From Azolla caroliniana (lineage: Eukaryota; Plantae; Polypodiophyta): a DNA stretch of 64,000 nucleotides. Shown here in pieces: positions 51,301 through 62,100 of this stretch (positions are counted from its first letter, which is position 1; every line of letters begins with the position of its first letter). Both the position numbers and the translations under genes were made by a program. The notes beneath the pieces are model-generated. The model did not search any database. It was given only the letters and a program-made list of their open reading frames with translations, and was not told the DNA's origin. Location: the NCBI GenBank assembly GCA_043228905.1, contig JBHGNT010000008.1, forward strand, positions 1,488,001-1,552,000. Direction: 5' to 3'.

Positions 51301-51970
51301 TGGGTACCATCCTCGTTGGATGATGCTTGAACATCTTGAACTCCCAAAAAACCCAGCTGCTGAAGATCGGCTCACTCGACTCCAAGAAGTTCAGGATATG
51401 CTTTTGCATCATTTATGTGAAGCCCAAAACACTCAAAAGAAGATTGCTGACCGTCATCGGCGTGATTCATCGACTACATTTCAAGTAGGCGATCGTGTAT
51501 GGCTCTTACAAGGTAGCATTAAAACGACCCGACCTTGCTACAAATTGGATTATCAACGTTTTGGCCCATATGTCATAAGTGGTAAGATCAATGATGTGAC
51601 ATTTCGTCTTGATCTTCCTCCTCATATGCGTCTTCACCCGGTCTTCCATGTTTCACTTTTGGAGCCCTACACAACGAGCTCTATTCCGGGTCGTGTTACA
51701 CCTCCCCCACCTCCAATTGACGTTTCCAATGGCTCTGAATATGAGGTTGCCGCTATCCTCGACTCCAAGATCATTCGCAACAAACTATACTACTTGGTTG
51801 ATTGGTTAGGCTATACACCTAATGATCGAACATGGGAGCCTGCCGAACATCTTGCCAATGCCTCCGACATGGTTGTTGCATTTCACAACCAATATCCTCA
51901 TAAACCAAGTCTGAACTCTTTTCTTCCGACTCGTGCAACTCGTCATCGAAAAGGGGGGATAATGTCATGA
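48332..51970 (+). CDS. Intact pol of element A (protease, RT, RNase H, integrase, chromodomain)
   Basis: LLDSGANSCF, YLDDILIYS, EADASDF, HDTPMAGH..CDTC, GPY, EYEVAAILD..YLVDWLGY..TWEP; uninterrupted for over 1200 codons. Confidence 0.95.
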   Translation, partial: RISPAKIGAIWLDHPSYVESVPSCGSISSNQVSRVFSAQVELSTSTGHRALASALLDSGANSCFMDREFALTQNIILKKLPNPVAVGVIDGRPIASGDIVEESEPIRVVLGNLASVISFNIISSPEHSLVLGLPWFELHNPTIDWRKRTIEEVTVQSKSLEAPTKDLGSPTISTISIHQLREDGRKEDMMVFAVLATPSSSSQELGVQLPKKYIEFSDVFDKVKANRLPEHRPYDCPIDLQPGKEPPWGPIYNLSPTELEVLREYINENLANGFIQHSKSPAGAPIFFVKKKDGMLRMVVDYRGLNKVTVRNRYALPLISSLLERLSEAKYFTKLDLRGAYNLVRIRPGDEWKTAFRTRYGHFEYTVMPFGLTNAPAVFQHMANDIFRDFLDIFIIVYLDDILIYSKTQEEHDIHVRQVLQWLREYGLYAKLEKCSFDQCQVEFLGYIVSSNGISMDPSKVQTILDWQTPQSVRDVQCFLGFANFYRKFIKDYSKIVLPLTQLTHKNRPFVWSIDANSAFEGLKQAFTSAPILIHVDPMRRFILEADASDFALGSVLSQIGDDGELHPVAFHSRKFEAAEINYEIHDKELLAIVDSFQQWRHFLEGSSQQIIVYNDHKNLTYFQSARVLNRRQARWAQFLTRFDFVILYRPGMQQGKADALSRRSYMELQPGEAAFESQKQILLGPDRLRIMAMHTINTPGDSRLLDSIREQIATDAFAQEVLSHIIPNRASSSQTQNPRLDYTQFSWHDGLLFRQTLLYVLDGPSRLKVMQQCHDTPMAGHFGIHKTFELISRRYWWPRLHHFVTDYVRSCDTCCRSKKPRHHPYGLLQPMPIPESPWKSISLDFITDLPPSKGFDSILTVVDRFTKMAHFLPCTKTITSQETADLLMREVFRHHGLPDDIISDRGPQFISKFWRHMFKLLHTSCKLSSGYHPETNGQSERTNQTVEQYLRCFVNYQQDDWVDLLPLAEFAYNNSEHSSTGYSPFFANIGYHPRWMMLEHLELPKNPAAEDRLTRLQEVQDMLLHHLCEAQNTQKKIADRHRRDSSTTFQVGDRVWLLQGSIKTTRPCYKLDYQRFGPYVISGKINDVTFRLDLPPHMRLHPVFHVSLLEPYTTSSIPGRVTPPPPPIDVSNGSEYEVAAILDSKIIRNKLYYLVDWLGYTPNDRTWEPAEHLANASDMVVAFHNQYPHKPSLNSFLPTRATRHRKGGIMS

Positions 51971-54900
51971 AGACATACGTCTTGGCTTATCATGACATTC
52001 ATCTTGGCGAACCAGGAATCGAACCCATAACCTCTTGGTTTACATATTGTACTTTAACCATTGTAATAACATATGTGAGATGTAATCATAATAATTATAT
52101 GTTTAGTTATTACGAGATATTTAGAACATTCTAGATTATTCTAGAATGTTCTTGAATATTTCATGATTATATTTATTATTATTATTATTCATAAATATCT
52201 AAAATATTCTAGAACATTCTAGAATACTCCATAAGGGCCTATAAATAAGAGTCCATACACTCATCACAACTCATTCGGTTCAACACCAGTCTTTAGCCCT
52301 TAGCCTACTCCTTGTAATCTTCTTTCTCATAATATAATCTCATTCTCATTTCTTATCTCTCACTTATACTTTTCTCTCTCTCGCACTCTCTCCCTCTTTC
52401 ACTCTCTTTTGCTATCACTATCGCTATCTCTACCGCTCTCGCCATCTCTATCGTTATCGTTATCTCTATCGCCATCGCTCTCTCTCTGCTTCCTACTCAA
52501 GAGTCACAACATATAACAACTTCAATGAATAAAGCAAAGCTCATGTGCTCTGGGAGAAAATCGACACCATGCTAGAGAGTAAAAACGCCGTAAATCGGGT
52601 TTCGATATTTTGGAAGTTAGTGAGACTCCAATACTAGGACGGATCCAGCATAGTGGAGCACATGAACACATTTCAGGGGCTCATGAACCAAACAACTTCG
52701 CTTGAAGTACCTCTATTCGACGAGGTACTTGCATTGCTCCTACTTTGTTCCCTCCCGGATAGTTGGGAGACGGTAGTTGTCACTTTGGGCAACGTCGGGC
52801 CGAAAGGAAAGTAGTTGTCCCTAGCAAGGGTAAAATCAAGCTTGCTAGATGAAGAAGCTCGCCGAAAGGAGCGGGAGTCCGGAACCGATCCAAATGCCTT
52901 GGTCACAGAAGATGACCATTGCCAGGGAAGAGGCCGGTATCAGAGTCCCCAAAACCGGGACAAATCGGGGACGAGGTCGAAGTCAAGGGGACTTCCATAA
53001 GAACTGTCGGCATTTCCGGAAAGAGAAGGGAACCGACAGTGCCGATTCGAAGAAGGGTTCGGACTGGAAAGGCTCGGATCGGAAGGGAACATTGGTGATT
53101 GCGACAAGTGAAGCAGAACTGATGCTCATTACTGAGGAGAATCAGTTAAACCTTGTCAGCGATGAAACAACGTGGGTTGTCGATTCCGGAGCATCGTTCC
53201 ATTTGACACCGGACCAGAAATGTTTCTCATCCTACATAGCCGGAGATCACGGTTGTGTCTGGAAGGGGAATGAAGGTACATGCCGAATTGTCAGCATAGG
53301 AGATGTGTTGTTGATGACATCAACTGGATGCAAATTGCTGCTAAAAGATGACCGACACGTTTCGAAGGTTCGTTTAAACTTGATATCAGCCGGTCGGCTA
53401 GATGACGAAGGCTACACGGGTTGCATCCGGAACAAAGTCATGAAATTTAGCAAAGGAAGCCTGATTGTGGCTCGAGCCTAGAAGATCAACACGTTATATC
53501 TGATGCATGCCCGGATATGCCAGGAAGAAGTGAACGTAGCATCTGACACTGCTGGTGAGCCATGGCACAAGAGGTTGTGTCACATGAGCCAGAAGGGGAT
53601 GAGAAGACTTGTCGAAGATAACCTCATTCCGGAAGTGAAATGTGTGCATCTTGATAAGTGCACCGATTGCTTGGCTGGCAAGCAAAACCGAACCTCCTTT
53701 TGGTCAAGACCACGGATGAGACAGAATGCACCACTGGAGCTAGTGCATACTGATGTGTGTCAAGTGGATACGAAGTCACATGCTAGATCACAATACTTCG
53801 TGATGTTCATAGACGACCACAACCGGAAGCTGTGGGTCTCACCACTGAAGACAAAGGATTAGGTGTTGTCTGTCTTCAAGGAACTCCACGCGAGAGTGGA
53901 AAGAGAAACCGGCCAGAAGTTGAAAGCGGTTCGAGCAGACAACAGAGGAGAATGCCGGGGGAAGTTCGAGGAGTACTGCCGATCGATGGGAATCCGGCTC
54001 GAATTCACCGTGCCAAAGACGCCAGAATTGAACGGGCTGGCCGAACGGATGAACCAAACCATAATGGAGAGAGTCTGAAGCATGCTAGCACATGCAAAGT
54101 TACCCAAGACGTTTTGGGCTGAGGCGCTGATGACGATGGTGTATGTGATCAATAGATCACCCTCAGCACCCTTGGACGGAGACACTCCACAGAGACTATG
54201 GACCAGGAAAAATGTGACTTACCGGTGTTTGAAGGTGTTCGGATGTCTCGAATATGTGCATGTTGCAAAGGACAAGAGAGGAAAGCTGGATCTGAAGTCC
54301 AGGCCATGCATATTCCTCGGATACGACAACAATGAGTTCGGTTACCAGGTGTGGGATCTGGTTGACAAGAAGGTGGTCCGGAATCGGGACATAGTCTTCA
54401 TGGAAGTCAGGACCATTGTCGACTGGGAGTCGGAGAAGAAGATGATGAACTTCGGATCATCCAATGAAAAACGGCTTGAGGACACAAGGACTTACCCAGT
54501 TGAAAACTGGATGTTAGCCGGGAATCGGATGACACTTGATGAACCGACCGGATACGGACAAGAAACCGAATCGACCGAAGAAGAAGAAGACACCGGAACC
54601 GGACAAGATCCCGAATTGGATTCGGATTCTGAACAAACGGAAGAACTGGTAGTCAGAAACAAAGGACGAAGATACCCTCTCAGAGAGAGAAGAGCTCCCC
54701 AAAGATTTCCGGATGCAAAGCACGTATTGTTGATCGATGAGGAGGAGCTGGAAAGATTCGATGAAGCAAAGAAAGACACGCACAACCGCAAGTGGTTAAG
54801 TGCCATGCAGGACGAGATGGATTCCCTGCATGAGAACCACACATATGAATTGACGGAGCTGCCGAAAAGAAAGAGAGCACTCCGGAATAAGTGGGTGTAC

Positions 54901-56139
54901 AAGCTGAAACCGGGAGATGCCGGAAATCCACCGAGGTACAAGCCCCAGATCATGGTGAAGGGGTTCTAGCAGAAGAAAGGTGTGGATTTCGACGAGATCT
55001 TTGCCCCAGTAGTAAAGATGACATCCATCCGGATGGTATTGGGCCTAGCAGCAAGCATGGAACTCAAGGTAGAGCAACTGGACGTCAAGAAGACATTCCT
55101 ACATGGCAACCTCGAAGAAGAGATCTACATGCATCAACCGGAAGGATTTGAGAGTAAAGGGAAGGAGCACTTGGTGTGCCGGCTAGAGAAGAGTTTTTAC
55201 GGATTGAAGCAAGCCCCCCGACAATGGTACCAGAAGTTCGACTCCTTCATGACGGATCAAGGGTACCACAAGACGCAAGCTAATCAATGCGTGTTTGTGA
55301 AGAAATTTGATGGAGGAGATTTCTTGATATTGCTTCTGTACGTGGATGACATGTTGATCATTGAACGAGAGCAAGTCAAGATACGAATGTTGAAGAAGGC
55401 CCTAAACCTGACTTTCTCAATGAAAGACTTGGGTCCAGCAAGACAGATTTTGGGGATGCACATCATCCGGGACTGGTTGGAGAAATTGTTGGGGTTGTCA
55501 TAGGATGCTTCAGCAGTTCAACATGTCGGATGCAAAATCGGTCAGATCGACACTCCCGACAAACTGCAAGCTATCCGGAAAACAAAGCCCGAAGATGAAG
55601 GCCGAGAAGTCGGATATGACGAAGATACCATAGCCTCTGCCATCGGAAGCCTAATGTATGCAATGGTGTCCACCCAACCGGATATTGCATATGCTATCGG
55701 AGTAGTCAACCGTTTCATGAGCAATCCAGGAAGAGAGCACTGGAACGCGGTTAAGTGGATGCTCCGGTATCTGAAAGGCACCTTGAGTATATGCCTTCGG
55801 TTTGGCTCTGGTAAACCCCAACTTGACGGATTCACAGATTCGGATATGTCGGTTGATGCGGATACTAGCCGGTCTACATCCAGATATGTCATGACTTATG
55901 CAGGGGGAGCTGTATCGTGGCAGTCAAGGCTGCAAAAATCCATGGCACTGTCAACTACGGAAGCGGAGTATATGACAGTTGGAGAGGAAGTAATCTGGAT
56001 GAAGGACTTCATCAGAGAGTTAGGGGTTCGACAAAAGGAATACCAGCTCTATTGTGACAATCGAAGTGCCATCCACTTGTCATGATAACACTCACATCAT
56101 GCATCGAAAGGATCATGACACTCACATTATGCCTCAAAA

Positions 56140-56194
56140 GGATTTGAACCCACGACCTTGTTGTACACATGTCAAATCCTTAGCCATTGTATTA
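56140..56194 (-). promoter_or_regulatory. tRNA-like A/B-box module in U3 of element B
   Basis: Minus strand reads TAATACAATGGCTAAGG ... AAGGTCGTGGGTTCAAATCC, span 55 nt. Confidence 0.65.
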
Positions 56195-57613
56195 ATATTC
56201 TTGTATGTATAGTTTTTAGAATATGAAATCTAATATCATAGGAATATTCTATATTACTCTACATTCTAGAATGACCTAGAATATTCTAGAGTGTTCTATA
56301 CACTAGAACCTTCTAGAATACTCTAGAGATATTCTAGATTACTTTACACTCAAGGATAACCTAGAATATTCTAGATTGTTATAACCTAGAATATTCTAGA
56401 TTGTTATAACCTAGAATATTCTAGATTGTTCTCTATTACTTATAAATTGGGATCTACCACTCATCCCAAACCTAAATTGGTTCAACGCCATTTTGTAGTA
56501 CTCTGTTGCCTACTCTTTGTAATCCATTTACTCTTCAATATAATAATTCCTTTTCAATTATCTCTCTATCTTCTCTCTCTCTCTCTCTCTTGACAGTTTG
56601 AACCAATTTTTCTTTCATTTCTTCGTCTTCCACAAACCCTAGCAAGTTCTCTTCTTCCTTCTCCTCTCCCCTCGTAAGCTATGGAGTCCGTGAGCAAACA
56701 AGAATACATGTGTGTTCTTTCTGAGCTTGACATGCTCATGAATAAATTTGTGACATTAGAGCATGGGAATCAAAGGCTACTTGGAGACCTACAACAAATG
56801 AGCACCGAAAAAGCTCAACAGTATGAAGAGTTAGCACAACGGGTTCATCAACTCAAGACGATTATATTGTCATTACGAGAACAAGTGTCGGGGGCTCAGA
56901 AATCCCCTAGAGAGCCAAAGATCAGCCTCCCCGCCAAGTTTGATGGTACAAGGTCTTTATTTTGAGGCTTTTTGAATCAAGTTCGTTTGGGTATTCAGCT
57001 ACATCCCAATCGGTATCCAACTAACGCTGCTTGTGTGGGATGTGGGAACTTTACTATGCGATACAACGTTAGCATGGTTCGCACCACTTCTCGAGAAGAA
57101 ATCACCATTGATGGAGGATTTCATGGCATTTGTTAAAGAGTTTCAAGCTAGTTTCGGAGACACCGACAACACTAGGACAACGATAAACAAGATTCGAAGG
57201 CTCTGACAAGGAGATCATCCCGCGTCGGCTTACGCAGCTGATTTCTGTCTCTTGGCATACGATATCCCTTGGGATGAGGCGGCCTTAATGGATCAATTCC
57301 GTCAAGGTTTGCGAAATGATGTCAAAGATCTTCTTCTTACTTTCCCTGAAGATCCGAAGTCGCTTATAGAAGCGATTAGTCAAGTCGTGCGATGTGATAA
57401 TCGCCTATTTGAGTGACGTTATGAGTGCCAACAAATGTTACGCCGCCAACCTGAACAGACTTACGCTTCCATAGTCGCAACACCGCCACAAGTCTCTAGA
57501 CCCATTACAATGGATGGCCCAACTCCAATGGAAATAGAGTCAACACAACGAAGTGGGTCGTTATCAGATGCTGAGAAGCAACGACGTCGAGCGCATCGCC
57601 TCTGCCTATATTG

Positions 57614-57682
57614 TGGCGATCTGACTAGGGGTCGAACCTAGAATCTTTGGTTTCGAAGACCAATGCTTTATCCATTGGTCCA
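57614..57682 (-). pseudogene. tRNA-Arg(TCG)-derived insertion inside gag of element B
   Basis: Minus strand reads TGGACCAATGGATAAAGCATTGGTC-TTCGAA-ACCAAAGATTCTAGGTTCGACCCCTAGTCAGATCGCCA; absent at the homologous site of element A (~48145). Confidence 0.85.
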
Positions 57683-59124
57683 CGACATATAGCTGTAAAT
57701 TGTCCATATAAACCTAGGCGTCAAGTATACCAAGTAAGTGCCCATGAAAACCCTACATCGAGTTCCATTGTTACTACTAATAACATGAGTAAGCCTCATA
57801 GTCCATGCCATGAGAATAGATTCGATGTCTTGAGCCAATTAGAAAATGTGTTAAACGAGTAAGTCTGGCCAAAATAGGAGCCATTTGGCTGGACCATCCT
57901 AGCTATGTAGAGTTAGTTCCTAATCATGGTTCCATTTCATCAAATCAAGTGAGTAGAGTTTTTTTAGCACAAGTCGAGCTTACCACATCTACATGTCATC
58001 GAGTCCTAGCCTCTGCCCTCCTAGATTCTGGAGCCAACTCTTGTTTCATTGATTGTGAATTTGCCTTGTCACAAAACATCCTCTTGAATAAGCTTCCCAG
58101 CCCAGTAGCCGTAGGAGTCATTGATGGACGTACCATAGCATCAAGAGATATAGTCGAGGAGTCCGAGCCAATTAGGATAGTCCTTGGTGATTTGGCAAGC
58201 ATAGTCTCTTTCAACATTATTCGTAGTCCGGAACACCCAATAGTTCTAGGTGTCCCTTGGTTTGAACTCCATAACTCGAAGATTGATTGGATGAAAAGAA
58301 CAATTGAGGAGACTCGGGAAAAAAGCCCAAATCCCGCATCCCTCTCTCCTACATGAGATAATAGATCCCCGGATTTATCGACCATCTCTTTATGATAGTT
58401 GCGGGAGGAAGGGGGAAACGAGGTATTGTTCGTCTTCGCAATAGTAGAAACTCCATCATCCACTTCACGTGAAGCGGACATTAGACTACCAGAGAAATAC
58501 AAGGAGTTCTCAGATGTCTTTGATAAGGTGAAGGCCAATACATTGCCGGAGCATCGGCCATATGACTGCCCTATTGACATACAACCAGGGAAAGAACCTC
58601 CATGGGGCCCAATTTATAATCTCTCCCATGTAGAACTAGAGACTTTGCGGGAATATATTGATGAGAATCTGGCAAACGGATTCATTCGGCATTCTAGATC
58701 CCCTGTTGGTGCACCTATCTTCTTCGTTAAGAAGAAGAATGGGACTCTTCGGTTGGCCGTGGATTATCGAGGGCTAAACAAAGTGACTATCCGGAATAGA
58801 TATGCTCTACTGTTAATCTCGAATCTTTTGGAACGTCTCAATGGTGCAAAATATTTCACGAAGTTGGACCTTCGTGGAGCATATAATCTAGATCGGATTC
58901 GCCCAGGGGATGAATGGAAGACAACTTTTCGCACTCACTATGGACATTTTGAGTATACTGTGATGCCATTCGGTCTCACGAATGCACCTGCTATTTTCCA
59001 ACATATGGCGAACGATATTTTTCGAGATTTTCTTAATATCTCCACTATAGTTTACCTAGATGATATTTTAATCTACTCGAAGACCCAACAGGAGCATGAC
59101 AAACATGTTCATCAGGTATTGCGT

Positions 59125-62100
59125 TGTCGTGAAAATCCGTCACTATGTGCGGATCGTGAGACGGAACTGTGGGGGTTATGGACTGGAAGGAATTAGTACA
59201 CACATGCACAACACAAGCAAGATTCACATATAAGACAAGTAGATGAGAGGAAACATTTGTTTATCGCAAAAGAAATTGATCAGATTCTTTATAAACTTAG
59301 AATCATGTTACAATGGATTGTATATGAAAATGAGAGAAAAATCTTTTAAAGAAAGGAGCCAACATCCATATAAGGAGTGGTCCAATATGAATATGAGAGA
59401 TATTTTTTTTGACAAGAAAGATTGAGCAAGCCAAGCAAGCCAAAACCAGGAGTTTGATATCAATATGAGAGATAATTTGTTTTTGGAATCGGAGAGAGAA
59501 GAAGAAAGAAAGAAAAAAGTAGAGGGAAAAAATGGAACAAGTCGAGTTACCGGATGTGTGACGAGTTACCGGATGGTCGGATCCAATCGACGATAACACG
59601 AGATTTGTAGAGGTTGTGTGTGACAACTATGAAGCTCTTGTCGAAGAGAAGAGGAAAAGAACCGGTGAAGAAGATGACACATCAAAGCGTCACAATACGA
59701 AGGACAAGCCCAACCTACGCCACGAAAAGAGATAGGAGAAACAAGCATGAAGCCCGGTGGATTGAGCCAACCTTCTCGGATGGAAGTCAATGAATCTGTG
59801 AAGAAAGGAAAAGAACAAGCGGCGCCGACTTACAAGCTAAGGTCGGACATAGAACAAACAACCGACTTGCGGAAAGTCCTTGAGGAGAAGGTTTTAGACA
59901 GTCATGTCGACCTTACTTTGAGAGAGCTACTTGGGATCGCTAAGAAGCAGTTCCACGATACTATTGTGGACTTGATTAAGCGGAAGCGGCAACAAGCGGA
60001 TGAAGAGGAGGTGAAAACAAGTGCCATAACTATGGAAAGATCAAAAGAGGAGAAAGAAGAAGAAGTGATGGCGGATAGCCATTACTCTCGGCCTCATTAG
60101 GCAAGAGTGACAACGGAGACACCAGTGAAGATCAAGGAGAAGAAAGAGACCGTGGTAGCTTTGATTGACCATGGTTCGGAGATTAACCTCATGTCGACCG
60201 AGTTCTACAAAAAGGGAAGATGGCCAATTAATTCAAAACACGGATGGAAGATTCGAGCGGCAACGAAGGCCACGGAAGACTTGTACGGAGCTTGCCCCAA
60301 TGTTAAAGTCACGATTGGAGATGTGGAGATGGATCAACACTTCTTTGTGCAAGACTCGGCTTCACATCCTATCATCCTAGGACAACCTTATATCACATTG
60401 TCCCAGATGGAGACCAAGGTGTTCGATAATGGAGTAGCTTTTGCGTGAGTCAAGAGCCTTGACAACCAAAGATCTGTTCAATTCCTCACGGTGCGAGCCA
60501 ATCACGAAAGGAACCGAGATAGGCTTGGAGGCCAATCTTCGGATTTTTAGAATGGACTATTGAAGCATGGGGCACAAATAGTCTGAGCAATCATAAGTCC
60601 CCACAAGGAAGTAAAGCGTGTGGATTGCAAGGAGAAGTAACATGTGTCACACCTAGTGGCGCGTGTAAACTAACACTACTCAACAAGAAGAACAAGCGTC
60701 GGATACAAGACTTCGAGAAGGCGTTGAAAGAAGAAAGCATAATAGGAGAAGAAGAATTCGTAACTCACATATTCTAGAGGAAGCCTCATTTAACGACAAC
60801 ATCGGCAAAATTGAGGAAGTCGTGGACTTGAGCTATCCTCACGATCAACACGAGATTTCGATTACCTCTATCAACATGTACGCTATCATCGATGAATATC
60901 ATCGAGGCATCTTGATGGAGGAAGTTGAAGTCAACACAAAATATAAAACGGTGGACAGAAAGATCAAGCCAGTTGCGGTTCCGCTACCGGAAGATCGCTG
61001 GCAAAAGATGAAGGAAGTTTCTAATGATCCAAGCTTAAGGGATCCAAAGGCAATAGGTCATGTCTTCACTAAAGAGACAAAAGGGAAGCTACGAGTTGGA
61101 AAGGAGGATTTGCTCATCCCTGAAGAGGAGCGAATGTTCTGCGGAATGCTTGAGAGACATGGGAAAGCCTTCGCTTTCTCCCCACAAGAGATTGGATGTG
61201 CTGACCTGAAGATGATAGAGCTGGTGGTGATATTTACGGTGCCGCATGTACCTTGGAACCTCAAGCCGATACCGGTTCCAAGGGCTCACATTCTGAAGTT
61301 GATTGAGCTTCTAAAGGAAAAGGTTAGGATGGGAATTCTTGAGCCATCCAATGCTTCCTACTCCAATAGATGGTTTACGGTGCCGAAGAAGAACGGCCCC
61401 TTACGCTTTATTCAAGATCTCCAACCCATCAACAAGGTGACAATTCGAAATGCCAAAATTGGTCCAAGCGTGGATGAATTTGCCGAAGCCTTCGCGGGAA
61501 GATCGATATTCCATTGGTGATCTCTACTCGGGCTATGATCAGTTTCAATTGGCCATTGATAGTAGAGACATAACGACAATGACAATGCCAATTGGGTTGG
61601 TAAGGATGTGCACCTTACCCCAAGGTGCGACAAATTCCGTAGCCCACATGGTGAATGCCATGAATAAAGCTTTGAGGGATTGCATCCTTGATATCACAAT
61701 ACCCTTCTTAGATGACATTCCAATCAAAGGATGCCTGGTGGAAGAGAAAGATGAATCGAAGGATGAAGATGGTTGTCAAAGATTCGTCATCGATCATATA
61801 AAGGATAGCAAGAAGGTGTTGCAAAAGCTTGAGGATGCAAATCTCATGTTTTCGAGAGAGAAGTCTACATTCAGTCAACCAGAAATATTGGTAATAGGAC
61901 ACTTATGTGGGTCTTATGGCTGGAAGCCATCTACATCCAAGGTGAACACTATTCAAGAGATGAAAGAAGAATGTGTGTCTCAAACAGAGGTGCGAAGATT
62001 CTTGGGAGCATGTGCATTCTATCACATATGGATTCCACACTATGCTCATGTCGTTGAACCATTGTATGGATTACTAAAGAAAAGGAAGAAGTTCGAATGG

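Larger units (their letters stand above)
41519..52511 (+). mobile_element. Young Tcn1/Tf1-sushi-like chromovirus (element A), intact except for the copia inserted in gag
   Basis: 549-bp LTRs at 41519-42067 and 51963-52511 with only about 2 differences seen; TSD TATAA; PPT GAAAAGGGGGA at about 51949-51959. Confidence 0.97.
40775..56077 (+). mobile_element. Older Tnt1/Tork-like copia (copia B): partial 5' LTR to 41278, gag from 41304, split by the element at 41519-52511, resumes 52517, cut in RNase H at 56078
   Basis: LTR end CCTACA at 41278 and PBS TGGTATCAGAGC at 41282; LTR and coding region are clearly homologous to copia C (42819-47871); many stops. The left boundary is uncertain. Confidence 0.88.
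56078..59124 (+). mobile_element. Degenerate Tcn1-like chromovirus (element B), 5' part, interrupted in RT
   Basis: LTR TGTCAT (56078) to TTGACA (56595); PBS TTGAACCAATTT at 56598-56609; gag from 56681 and pol homologous to element A, with stops. Confidence 0.92.
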
